A stretch of 64,000 nucleotides of DNA from Squalus acanthias (taxonomy: Eukaryota): NCBI GenBank assembly GCA_030390025.1, contig CM059438.1:35650001-35714000 (forward strand), read 5' to 3'. How positions within the stretch are numbered: position 1 is the stretch's first letter; the number at the start of each line of letters is the position of its first letter. Shown here piece after piece: positions 33,451 through 46,604 of this stretch. Below the pieces are notes generated by a model that saw only the letters and a list, made by a program, of their open reading frames with translations, did no database searches and had not been told where the DNA came from. Position numbers and translations under genes: made by a program.

Positions 33451-36099
33451 ACATCCCCACCCTCAAGAACATAGTCACACTGCATCAAAAATATTAGTTG
33501 GTTTTGAGGAGTGAAGGGAAGAGGAGCAAAGAGGCAAGGAAAAAAATGGCATAAATTGACAAAACACAGAACAAACAAAAATAAATAAATTGATTCTTGA
33601 CATTTTTCCCTCTGAAGATTTCCCCGTCTCTCAAACTGATTCTACTAATTCAGAGGCCAGACTTTTCTATTCTACATTGAATGATAAGGGACAAGTTCTG
33701 CATTCTTTCCCCTGTGACCTGAAGAGCAGCATTCTAGTTCTGCACAGAGCTCTATCTAGTGGCCAGGCTGAGAACTAGACTAACTTGTCTATGAACCAGA
33801 TCAGTTTGAACGTCAATCAAGGATGTGATTCAAACGTATGATTATTATCTCTTTACTACTGGGTCAAGACCCACTCCTCCAAATAAGGTCACAAAGACAC
33901 CAAAATTATTTTTTTTACCTCATGGGAACAATCATTTGGTGAAAAACAAATATTCTGAATGGCACCAATGGCTCAGCAAGTTTATTTATTCAATGAGTTA
34001 CTGACTTATACAGACCAGGAAGGTCTCGGGCTTAAAATCTCAGTCTGTGCTGTAGTGGCTGATCTCGACTTGGGGAAGTGGGCTTCAATTGGCCTCAGTG
34101 GTCCTGGGGAGCCTCTCTGCCTCTCTTCCAAGATGCTCCTTAAAATCTATCTGACCAAGCTTTTGGTCACCTGTTCTAATATTGAGACTTGGTGTCACAT
34201 TTTGTTTGATAATGCTCCTGTGAAGCACCTTGGGATGTTTTACTATTTTAAAGGCGCTATATAAATGCAAGTTGTTGTTTTGGGGAAGAAAGGTAGAAAT
34301 AATCCTGTGATCCCTGCTGGAAAGTGTGTTGGTGTAAATGTTGGTTAAGGCTCGCTATCTCCTGTTTGAACAGCCTGCCAACACAACAACTACTTTCACA
34401 CATGAAAGGCAACCAGGTGGGTGAAATACCCAAGGGCTGCAGGTGCCCATATAACTGTACTGACATGAGTCAGCATCTTGAGCGGCAGGAAGGAGAAAAT
34501 TGGGATCAGGGAACAAAAACAAAATACATCAAATTAAGCATCTCCATATGCAGATATTAGTTAGAAATGTTCCTAGAATAGGGGGCTGGATTTCTACATG
34601 CTTCAAGGATGGACTTAATGAGGAGGAACTGGGATTTAAATTAAATCCATTTAATTGGAGGTGTTGAAACAGAATTAGCGTCTTGCGACACAGGATAGAT
34701 TCCCCACTCTACTGACTTTCTGACCTCAATCAAGCTGCATGCCAAGTGCAGGCTCAGCATCTCTAAAGAGAGGAAAAAACACTTTTGTTTGGGAGTCTCA
34801 ACCAGGATTCTCTCATGTGATTCCTGGCAGTCGGCCAGGAACAGCACTGCCAGTCCTTAGAACAAGCACTCACTCACTTGCATTGGCTACTGCTGACGGC
34901 GTCTGGCCCAGGAGGAACTAATGATGGAAGAAAGTGGAGGGTGGAAAGAAAAGCTGTACATTTTTCCTTTCAGGTTATGCTGCACAAGTTTTATATTATG
35001 GCTGAATTTTAGAACATTAGATACTCATTTCAGCTTTAAAAAAAATAGCGAGGACTGGCAATGTGCTATGGAGAGCCCACTACTCTGTACAGCTCGGAGT
35101 CTTCATGCAACATATTTTACACAAGGTTATTTTTTAGGTTTAAACTGCCCTTAATTAAGATGTTAGAGGCTAAAAATGAAAAATAATAATCTTTCCTAAA
35201 GTTCTTTTCTGCTTCAAGGACCTGCTGTGTCAATCTTGGAAATGGGACCTTTACCCAATTCTCCATCTGTTCAGGAACTGAAGAAATTCCCTAGCCTGGT
35301 ATTGGCCCTCAGCTCAGCTACTCAGCGGTGATTTTTCTCCCCCCAGAGATCAAAGCAGTTAGGGTGGATGTACACTCTCTGGACGGAACTGGAGACTGCT
35401 GTGAAAGTCCAAGAGCAGACGGGCACTGCTGAGCCCACACTTTTACACCAAAAGACACGAGAGGGGGGAGTGAAAGTTGCCTAGCAACATGCATGACTCG
35501 ACAACACAACTTGCTGAATAATGTATAGATTCTTGGATTGGCCAAGGTGTTGGAAGGAGCCAATGTGGAATAATTTAAATAAAATTCCTCCAGGACTTGC
35601 TGGAAGTTGGGGCGCTCATATTTGACAGAACCCATTGTACACCAATTCCTTGATCTGCAGATCCCAACCTCCAAAGGCTGTTGTGCTTTTCCACATTATC
35701 ACACTAAAGAAGTGCTGTAGCAGGCCTGCCCAATTTGATGTGGAAGATCAGCATCTCTTTATTTACGGAGACTACTCCCTCTATTTGTTGCTGCAAATTT
35801 AACGTTCTGAAACAGGCCCTCCACTACACACTACTTTATCCCAGGTTTGTACATACATAAACCTGATGCCTTGCTCCTTTTTCCTCATCTGAGGCAGCAA
35901 AACTTGCCAAAGCCACAGTGAATTAGACATCCTTTTGATCTGATAGTATCACATATCTGTGAATCCAATGAGCATGATAAACTGGGCCCCTTCCAGTTTA
36001 TGCCTTGTGGAAGCAACAAAGCAGTTATATAATTCTTATGGTGAAGCTCGAGGAATGGTTAGTCTCATGTTGGAGAACAATCATGACTTTTGCCAGTTT

Positions 36100-38150
36100 T
36101 ATTCTGATCTACATCAGTCAGAATTGCTGTTGAGGCAATCTGGAGTAACCTATCTGATTTTTCCTTCACACATTGAGGATGAGGAAGACGGAGGGGGACA
36201 AGGAGGGTGAAAAGGTGGCTACCCTGGATGAGCATGAGAACTATTGATCTTGGAGGAGATGCTCCATGCCATAGACTCCTTTTAGGTTGATAATGCCCTC
36301 TGTACTTGGTGCTGCCCCTCTATTCCCAATATTTGGCAAGATGCATCCATCTTCTTTATCCTGAAAGGCGGCAAGGAGCCCTATGAATGTGCCTTCAACA
36401 AACCAATCTTTCTTCATCATTAGTCAAAGATATCTCCCCGATTTCTAGTTAGCAGTCCGAATAGATTCATTGGTTCACACTAATTCAACAAGATGGATCT
36501 GTGGAACATATACATTTAATAATGCAGCCGATTTAGAAATGATGCCCATGCGGCAGATACCAGCTTGGTCCTCTCCCTTGATATTGCAAAGGATTTTGAT
36601 CAAATCAAGTGAGTTTGAGTGTTGCTGCAGACCATGAGGTTTGGGAGAACCTATACTCAGTGGATCACCAATGAGATTGTCTCTCCCTCTCAAAGAGTGG
36701 TATTTGGTCTTTCTTCCTCATTCTATGTTGGTTATTGAGCTCTCAGCATCAAGTATACATCCTTTCCCTGATATCTGAGGGATTCAAGTGGTGGACAGGG
36801 ATATCAGACATTATGCAGTTATTGTACAAATGGGCCTCAGGTCTTCCTCGCCTGCTTGCTTTATGAAGTGCATTCAGCAGCACAGTCTGGGAATAAAATC
36901 AACTATTGCAAGTCAGATGACTTTGGCCAGTTTCTACTGGCTTAGGAACCTTTTCATTTTGTTGGGGCTCTGGCATTTTGGGGTGCAGATTGCTCCAGAC
37001 TTGTGCCACCTTATTGGATCAACCATCTGGGATCGCAGCAGGGTCACCGTTTTGATAATTAGCATTCTGTCGAGGTTGCTTTATTTAGTCCAAATTCTCC
37101 CAGTATGTACACCGGGGGCCATCTTTAAATAGCAAGATTGGGAGATATTAAACTTTATACAGGATGACAAGCATTCTGCATTAAGTTGAAGTTGCTGCAA
37201 TCCAATGGCTATCCTCCCTTTATGGGCTATATAGCTTCATGCATGTTAGACTACAACTGAAATAGGGGTTCTCACCCCAGTACCCATCTTATTTCATTTA
37301 AAAGAAGCCACGTATCATTCCAATTGTCTTGTGGATCAGGTCAGATTTTGAACATTTTCATATTCTATTGACTGCCTGTTCCCAGTATGGGATGACCCAG
37401 AGATCTCATCACTAATGGGTGGATTCCATAGATGGCACAAGTCGGAACTCGTGTGCCTTTTCCATTTGGTGGGCGGTGAATCAGTCTGATCTTTTACCTC
37501 TGCAGCAAAAAGTCACACTTAGAAAGTGACTTTTCTTTCGGTATCTCCAAGGTTTGTTGTTTTCTTCCCCCATTTCCAAAAATTACTTGTAAAATTTCTA
37601 GATGAGAGACGGCCTTGAAGCCAATGCTCCTGCTAAGCTGCGCAGCGGTCTGGAGGTCCCGCATAGGCCGCTCACCGGCTTTTATATGGAAGAAACCGTG
37701 CATGCGCGAAAATTGGAATGGGCCTCACAGCCGGTTAAAGGGACCGCGCACAAGCAAAAAAAAAAAAAGGAACCATTGCTTGGAGCCCTTTCTGGTTAGT
37801 TTGGCTGTAGCAGCTAAACGAATTTTACAGTTCTGCTCATTTCTATGGACATGGTAAGCTCGTCTCAGTTGTGAGAAGTGGGTGGCCGATGTAAATCTAG
37901 GACTGGTCGACTGTTCTACAAAGAGTCCTCAGGCTCACAGCCAGCAATCGCTAGAGGAAAACAATTAAAATTTTTATGCTGAACGTGTCACTTGACCGCT
38001 CCACGAGTAGCCAAGATCTCAGAACTGTGAGGCATGGGACATAGAGGAGTCAGCACCCACTAGGACATTCTGCAGATCTGCTCTAAGGTTTGAATTTATT
38101 AGACTATGATTTTATAGGAGCTCAAGTTTAGCACGACACATCCACTTTAC
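36100..38150 (+). mobile_element. Ancient, heavily decayed L1/Tx1-clade LINE remnant with a nested GC-rich insert (about 37580-37830)
   Basis: Scattered motifs in the expected order: LKGGKEPYECAFNKPI (cf. K.GKDP..C.SYRPI), LSLDIAKDFD (cf. SLDAEKAFD), ILSRLLYLVQILPV (cf. ILPRLLYLFQ.LP). Boundaries uncertain. Confidence 0.55.
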
Positions 38151-41100
38151 AGCTGTTAAAGTCCCCTTGGACCCCAGCAAGAGCCGTCTCATTTAACTTG
38201 TTGCAGCTTGTCACTATCTCCTGACTCTCTAGTGCCAGGTAGACTTGTCTTCTGATCTGCCTGGTCTTCAATATTCTGGGGAATAGCCCACTCTGAATAA
38301 TCTATCCTGAAGGTAATTTTTCTTTTAAAAGGTGTGGTTCCCTTTGAATTATTTTGCTCACTGCTTTGTTACTGCAGTGTACTCAAGATACCTTATAACC
38401 ACACTGGGTTAGCTGTATTTAGATGGAACACAAAGAATTCTCCGTGAACAGACCCTGCCACCCCATCGCAGGTGTTTTGATCCTTTATCCTTCTTTTCGG
38501 TTATAGTCACTAGTTCTGATATCAACCGTAGTCTTTCATATGATACATATTTTCTTGATGTATCCAGATTGCTCTGAACAAATTTCTCTCCCATTGTCCT
38601 GTTTATACTCACATTCATATTTCATAGTTTATAGGGGAGACATGTCTCACTGTGGTTTCATCCAGGATATAACCTGGATGTCTAGTGTTTACATCACCTG
38701 GTACCCAGGAACGCACAGGATCGGGCCATCCTCCTTTGGCAAGAAAATAAAAACACAAGTCTACTTCATTTTTGGTCATTATTCTTCGTCTCCCAGGCAC
38801 GAGGACTAAACAGGCCAGACTGCAGGCAGTGCTATTCCCCAGTCGCCCCACCAGGTGGTGTTCTTGAGTGGTGCGGAAGCGCCTCCCCCGTCTGTGAAGG
38901 GCTGAGGAGCCAAGCTCACTTGGACTTTAGGGGAAGCTAAAGTGCAAATCCTAGGTTACCATTAAACACTATTACTGCATTAAAAAGTGAATGGTGCCAT
39001 GACATTTTCAAAATTAGCCAACATACCAAAAATTCATGTAAGTTATGTTAGTCTTGTAGAGAAATCTGATCTTTAAATTGAGAGTGGGGACAATATAGCA
39101 CCCTAAATTTGAATGTCTGGTTACATCATTAACCAGAAAAACAGAGTCTTGATGAAAAACTAGTGGCTTAATTTAAAGCAATATCATGCCATTTTATCTG
39201 CTTATTAGAAACCCACTAAGTTTCTGCCAATGGCCAATCTTGAGCGGCGACTTGCTCAAGGGCCACTTGAACCTAGCACCATGAAACCACTCCAGTGCTG
39301 AACTCTCGTCTCCAATATCAGAGCTGGTGATATTGGAACGACAGAGGGCCCTGAATTCAGACTTGGAGACACATGAAGCAGCAGCTCTGATGAAGGTTTC
39401 AAGTAAGAAAGGTGGGCTGCAAATGGTCCTGTAGTACAGCACCACTGAAATACAAGGTTAGATTTGACAAACTACAGAACTTCAATTTCGTCATTCAGGT
39501 CAAGTCGCCTGCTCAAATACTGTATTCAAATACATGTGGCAATACATATACATATATTTTCTCCTGAATTAATATACTGCCTAACCTGAACCCATGTAAG
39601 TAGGAGACCTACTTTTGGCCTCCACAATTACTGCTCTAAGGTAGTCACTTTTGAGGCACATAAATAGGGCTCAAGAAAATCCTCATCCAATTTCCCCTTA
39701 ACCCCTTGGTAGTGAGGCACCTGCTCTTTGCTTGCCAACTTCACATGACAGACAGCAGGAGGTGTGAATGTGTGCTCCCATCTCCATGGGGCTCCAGGAC
39801 ACCGTGCCACTGGCTGTGTGACTTTTTCTCTACAGATCTAGATCTCCATTTTCTTTCCCACTGTGGACTTGAAATTTAGAAAACAACTTTATATCCAGGA
39901 AAGATAAATCATAGAATTGCTTACATTTTTAGTCAGTTGCACATAGTATTGCAGATCAAAATTGAAACATATCCAAATTTGTAAATTTAAATTGAGCTAA
40001 ATTTATTTAAAATAAACACAGCTATTTATATTAGCACACATGGGATCAAACTTCAGGTTTTAAACAGAAACCTTTCCCTCCTAAGAAAAAGTGGAAAATA
40101 CTTGCTTTATAAAAACTTTATACATTGGTATAAAGCGAATCAGATACACCAACAGCAGCACTGTGCTTGTAGCTAAGAATCCCCAAAAATGCCTTAATGT
40201 TAATTAAACGTAGGTGAAAAAAATGGATAAGAGTATGCCAGCACAGACATGTAAAGAAAAGAGCATCACCAAACAGCTATTGAAAAATCCAGCCCTCGTG
40301 ATAATAGAACAGTTAAAGCCTCCCGACTCCCTGGTCCTTACATTTCTCAGCTTTATCAGCCACTTAAAAAAAATTCAGCCATGCTAAGGTCACAAGGCTA
40401 AGGAGGGAGATGATGATGGTGCACAAACAGCACTGGAAAGTAAGGTCATGAGAAGGGGACTTGCCTTAACACAACATTGAGAGATCCAACACTGCACAAC
40501 TAACAGCTGCCTTGGTTTGCCATTCCTGTGCTAGCTCCACTAACTGTGATTTACTACTGTACCAGCTCTGGTGTTGACACCTTTATGTCCCTCCCTCCTA
40601 TCCCAGCAGGCCTGGAGGCCATGATGGATGCTGCTGAACTTTTCCTCCTATCACCTTAAAAAGAACTTTCCCATAATCTTTTGTCTTCCATCAAAGTGGA
40701 AGACAGAAGGGTTTTTATTTAATTTTAAATTAACAGCCTTGTTGCTCCAACATGGTAGCAATATACAGAATTTATTACACCAGTGAAATTCTTAAACTCC
40801 AATCTCTTTTTTTCTACCCAATGAACTGAACATAGTCCAGAGTAAATCAATGTAATTGCTGCTCGCCCAGCATTATTGTAGCAATACTTTATACTATGTG
40901 CCATTGGTAATTTGGTGTATTTAATTGAAAATGCTAAGATAATGGGGAACTTAACTACTGACATTAACCCTTTTATTGCCGATGGCCCATGAATAGATTA
41001 TATATAAAAGAGGCTGCACTTTACAGTCAGTTAAATATATTCCAACTTATTCCAATGATGTAAATACACAAACAAAAAAAACGTACTTTGCCGTTCCGCG

Positions 41101-42200
41101 GCTGTATAATTTCGCTTTCGGTTATTTAAAAAAAAAGTTAAAAACTTCACCCCTTCCCTTTTGAGGTAGTTTAACATTTGCAGTAAGGCCCTGGATTCCC
41201 ATTCAAAAGTTCCAAACTCCAATTGCAGCTCATGCAGCCTCCAAGAGCAGGTTTCTTTTTTTTTTTTAAACTGGCTGGATCATAAAATAGATCTCAAGGA
41301 GACATATCCTGTCTCGCAAAGTAGATTACTGGTTAGTCAATATAGCACATCAATAGGGGCTGAGAAGCCCGCACTCTAGGTTAAAGGACAGCAAAGAAAC
41401 AGGATGGCAGCAAACAGTGGGGGAGGGAGTAAAAGTACAAGTGTATTACAACAAAAATCTGGCTTGTTCATTGAGTTTTAGTACTATTTCTGATCATGGA
41501 CCAAAAATTACAAAAAAAAACAACAACAGTGCATGAAGGGAGCAAATTAATTGTGGCATTTTTAAGTTTAACAGATTAAGAGCTTATGCTGAAGAATCAG
41601 GAGCAACTTAATTTTATGCAGGCCTGGACATTGTACACAGTAAGTGAGGAAGAGCAATTAAATAGGTTTAATAGCAATTTTTATTCTTTAAGTTAATTAT
41701 AGAAGCTCTTACTTAATTAAATCAAAGCAATACAGTGATTAAATCACGAGCCTGTGCATTTTTACTTTGCTGCCAAAACACAACTTAAGCTTCCTTAAGC
41801 CAATCTCCTACTGTGCCACTATCTTCAAAAGCAGTCTCAATGCAAGAGGATTTTTCTACCTTTAGACTGGAGTTGGCGACAGTTCTGTAAACACAGTAAT
41901 GACAGTGCCAGAGACACCAAGAGAAGCCCCTTTGAGAATTTGACTTGGTGCCTCCAAACTCTGCTGAAAGCAGCAAGCGTCTCCATTTTAGATCAGGCCT
42001 CAGCTACATTTGACCAAATAGTCACCATTAGATTCTATACAAGGAAAAGCAAAGCCCAAAATGTTACACATCAGTGATGAACTGAGCTACGAGAAAGAGG
42101 AAAGAAAAAAAACATTAAGTTTATTCCTTGAAAAAAAACTGTTTACTTGTGCACTCTCACTTTGGTAACAGCAATATTAAAACCTACACCATGTACTTAC

Positions 42201-42348
42201 CGGCAATGAATAAAAGAAGATCCCAAGGAACAGAACTACAAACAGCAGTATTAGGATCCCAAGAAAGATCCATTTGAATCGGCGCCAGATGATGTATTTC
42301 ATCGTCTTGCAAGGACTGGTGAACCACAGGAAAGAAGTTTCTGGACGG
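42201..42348 (-). CDS. myof: Myoferlin penultimate exon (C-terminal transmembrane helix)
   Basis: atcag|(N)[49 protein letters not shown]|gtaagt; 148 nt, phase 2/0. Confidence 0.95.
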
Positions 42349-44313
42349 CTGATTGTAAAGAATTAAATCCAGTTAATTTTCCTTTCTAATGGATAAAGCG
42401 TACACAGTTTACATTAAGCACTCATTTACAGGGTTAAGAAACCATTACTCAAGCAAACCACGGGCACGTTTATTATCCCTTTTAAAAACCATGGTAAGTG
42501 AGTTCCTTATCTAACCAAAGGCTCAGTGGGTAAATGCATAATGTGGCATGATACTGAGCTGTCGTCATGAGGACAGTCTGGGTTTCGATCCCTGATAGAT
42601 GCAGAGTCACCAGTTAAACAGGCAGGAGTGATGGTGCTACAGTTGACTTCAGTGTCCCCTGGGGTGGGGTGGAGCAAAGTGCCATGATTGAACAGGCTAT
42701 TGAAAAACACTATGTTCAAGTTTACAATTGAAGAATGGCCACTGGAGTGAGCTACCATGGAGCTACTGTCAGTTGGACTGTACGCACTGCCTTCAGAGCA
42801 CAAAGAGGAAGCCTCACCTGCCTGAGAAGAGAGACATTTGATGGCATTGTACTGCCCTCCTTATTGCACATGACTTGTGTGTGGAGCTGGGAGAAAAGAA
42901 GACAGCATCCAACCTAACTTATAGCATACATCAACTAGGTGCAAATAACCAGCATGGTTAAGTATCAGATTGGTTCAGTTAACAATTGAGTGTTCAAACC
43001 CCACTCCTGGACTTCCGTACATAATCTAGGTTGATATTCGATCGCTACATTATCAGGTGAGCCATCCTTAAGATGAGATGTTAAGCTGAGGCCCCATCTG
43101 CCTGAATGTTAAAGATCGCATGGCAGTATCCTGGCCACCAAGCAGATGTAGCCGACACCAGGTAGCAATGAGCAAGAAATTGTGTACAACATAGCAACTA
43201 GCCAGAGGCTTTTAAATGTTTAAGCGCCGACTTTCCTTTCCGTGTCTTCTCAATGTATACCTGTTCCAGTATTTGCAAAATGCGATTTTCGATAATGTCC
43301 TTTGTTGGTTTAATTTCCCCCCCCTTCAATTTTCTTTGCCTTTCCTGAAAGATGCAGTGTCATGAGGGTTTGTTTTGCATTTCTGGATAGCAGCAACCCT
43401 CCTATACCTCCCTCAAGTGGCTGTTTATGCATTAGCCCAGACAGCAAGTGTCAGAAGGGTATTCAACTACAGAGAGCGCGAGAGCATAACAGTCCAAACT
43501 TGTCCTTACCCTACACCCACACAAGCATTATCCAGTGCCCTCTGCTGCAAAGGGACATTAGGTGTGGGAACCCTGGCAGATTTCCACCTCCCTAACCCAG
43601 GGGTGTCCAAGCTTTTGTCTTCACTGGCTTATTCTTGTTCCATGTCACACCACTCTATCGGGAGCTGATCCTGCAGCCACCTTGCTTCTCCTCATCTATG
43701 TACTGCGACTCCTGCTGGTCATGAAAGGATCAGGCTTGGCTTCAAGCTCCCACCCTGCTCATTATCTGTGCTCTTGTATAATGAGATCCCGGAGGGAAAG
43801 CAGCAGCTGTGGATCTGTACCCCAACAGGAGTCCATGCTTTCAGAAAGGCAGGGGAGAATGCTGAAAAATTGTTGGGAGGAACAGGAAGGGTGGGTCAAT
43901 TTATACACCGATTCACTTGCAACAGCATTATGAATGTAGGTGAAGGTTACAAAGATTGTAACATCCCCAAAAATAAAAGGCATGAAAGGTAAATGCCTCC
44001 CCAGTCTAAATTTCATGTGACCAAATGTCAAAGAATAAACTAACTGCTGAAATGTTGTCTACTTTTGAGTAGTTGAGAACAAAACTCTCAATAGGACACT
44101 TGAATGTAAATCCTGACTGCATGAAATAAGAGGAGATAAAACATCTCTGCTTTGAAAGAATGGGTAAAACCCATCCATTCACTTCAAATAGCCTGTATTC
44201 AATGTTTAAAGCATATAGACCCCTTTGCTTTCAAATGCGAAGCACATTTGAAAGAACAGGGACCTATATGTAAGGCACAAATATACAAAAACAAATCAAG
44301 GAAAAAAGGTTAC

Positions 44314-44423
44314 TTCGGAGGCTCCAGTTTTGGGTTCATGTTGGGTTCATCTCTTGCTTTGGCAGCAGGTTTTTCCTCAGCCTCTTGTTCAGTGATAATC
44401 TCCAGTGTCATTTCAACTTTACC
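44314..44423 (-). CDS. myof: Myoferlin exon (ferlin C-terminal region)
   Basis: ttccag|[36 protein letters not shown]|gtaacc; 110 nt, phase 0/2. Confidence 0.95.
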
Positions 44424-45739
44424 CTGGAAAACAAAGAAAAAAAAACTTTTAGCAAGTTGTCTAACCAGAACAGGCATTCACAGATAAGTGATACGGTTAC
44501 CTTAGAGTACAGGACTTCTAGGATTACCTCAACCTTTTAAAAGCAGTACACTATGCAATCCTTTTTAGGCCAACAGCCTGATCTCAAAAGCTGACTAAAG
44601 CAAGTATGCGATCCATGAATTAGGGGCAGGGTTATTTTAGTGATATTCTCAATTAGCTAACCAAACAGTGGATCTAAAAGGTTTGTTTGGTATTCAAGCA
44701 TTACTTTAAGGGTTAACGGAATGGCTGTGATGGTTTTTCTATTTCAGTTTAAAATTCTTTCAACAAGGTGCCATCATTGGCTATGAGTGATGAACTGAGC
44801 TATTTAAAAGCTCAATGGCAATGCCAAACATATTACTGTGGCTCCTGGCTGTTGAATCATCAATCAGGTAGCCTTTCATATTCCTTGTACAGATTCAAAT
44901 GATTGCCGGTCATATTTTTCCTGTAGGGAAGATGTGCACCTGAGTGAAAAATTCATATGGTGCTGTGTAAAATACATTTGCTGCTGTACAAACACATGCA
45001 CGCTATATATGGATATAGTAAGAATGTGCGAGGCTTTTCTGCATGCTGGCCCATTAAGTGAGTATTTGAAAAGTTAAAGTCTTCCCTTCTTACATATGTT
45101 GAGCTGGTGTCTTTGTAATACTTGCTTATTTGGAGGCCCTGCACCCAAAAAAGCTCAATTTGAAGAGCGTCTTGAAGGCTTGCAAATGGGTGCAGTTAGC
45201 AGGAACTCGCAATGGTGATCATGTTTAGTGGGTGGGGCCGGCTTAGAGCAGAATGTTCTGTACAATCGGTGCAAACGATCATCGCGTTCCTGCGCCGATG
45301 GTTACCACGGGGGGGGGGGGACCACACACACACCCACCCACCTTATTTTATTCAACAGGATGAATGACATACCTATCTGCCTGCCCTAACATTTCTCCAA
45401 TTCAGACTGCTCTTGTGTAACATTAGGAAAATGAACAAGGTCAAAAAACAGAGGTTGCAAACCACATGGAGTGATATTTGATCTTCAGAGTGAAATACAT
45501 TAGTGAGTGAGGCTTACTCCAAATACACCAGATCTCTTAGGCCTGCTATTAGGAATAGTAATCATACAGTGCTCTCCTAACACCATGAAAATTGGCCACT
45601 TCGTTTATAATAAATCTTTGACCCATTCACAAAATTATTGTTTGAAGTCAGTTACATTCTTCACACAAACGATAAGAATTAGAGACCAGTTATGTGATAA
45701 TGCTGAAAATAAAATCCCAATACACTGGAAGGTCCTTAC

Positions 45740-45933
45740 AGCCAAAATACGGTTGCCATCTTTCTCTTGGGCACATGGCCACCATCCATTGAGAGATTTC
45801 TGAGAAAAAAGTGAAGTCGTTTTAGATGCTTTCGTAGGAGCAGTTCCCTTCGCCTCTGGGAGCATTTTCAAGTTGCATCCTGCAGCTGTTTTGGCTGGAC
45901 ATATTGTGGAATTCAGGTCTAGCTCAAGGACAC
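45740..45933 (-). CDS. myof: Myoferlin exon (last C2 domain)
   Basis: tcacag|(G)VLELDLNSTICPAKTAAGCNLKMLP...SLFSQKSLNGWWPCAQEKDGNRILA|gtaagg; 194 nt, phase 1/0. Confidence 0.94.
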
Positions 45934-46604
45934 CTGTGAAGCAGAGATAAGAACACCAGAATTATGTAGATATAGATGATGAGAATCAAAAAACAACCAC
46001 AAGGTTAGAGGGTTCTGGCACCATTTGCAGTCTGCTGCACTCTGTTTGCCCTCCTACTGGACCATAATCAAACTTCTAAACTAACAACCAGATTACTTTT
46101 CTGATCCTATTATTCATGATGAACAAGAATGTTTCAAAGTTCATTGGGTCAACTAAATTCAGCAGATAAAAAACAAGTCATCACAATCCCATTGTTTCGC
46201 CTACTGGCGTCTCACTGAAGTTGTTTTACCTGCGATGCTGAAAAACAAGGCCATCTCACAGGAAAATTTGCACGTGCGTGTGTGAACAGATAAACAGATT
46301 TCCTCAATGCTTTCACTGATCCAGCATACAATACTAATGCACATATTCTATTTAGCTACCTAATCAGTGGCTTGACAGGGTACATTATACTGATGGTGAT
46401 GCCTGGATGATATCAGTACTCTTTCTGTAACCTTAAGCCATGTGTTGCAGTCAATTGTGGGGGTAATAGGACAATGAAAAGCATGCTGAACTGCCACTCA
46501 GTATTTTTAATTCTCAGTACTTTCAAGGGAGGATAAAATGCAACTAACTCCTTTATTGAAATACAGTTCCATGGGACAGGGCTGTGACTCCCTTACTTTA
46601 AAAA

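Noticed and set aside
40387-40401. DR2-like AGGTCA-ca-AGGCTA
   Set aside because: The second half-site has two mismatches and the site is isolated from the cyp26a1 cluster.
40678-40709. 13-bp hairpin cttttgtcttcca-tcaaag-tggaagacagaag
   Set aside because: Too short for a pre-miRNA and has a mismatch on the transcribed (minus) strand. Plausibly chance.
42073-42089. Box C/D snoRNA (GTGATGA + CTGA), also at 44786
   Set aside because: The boxes are 1 nt apart with no guide region, and they are antisense to the host gene.
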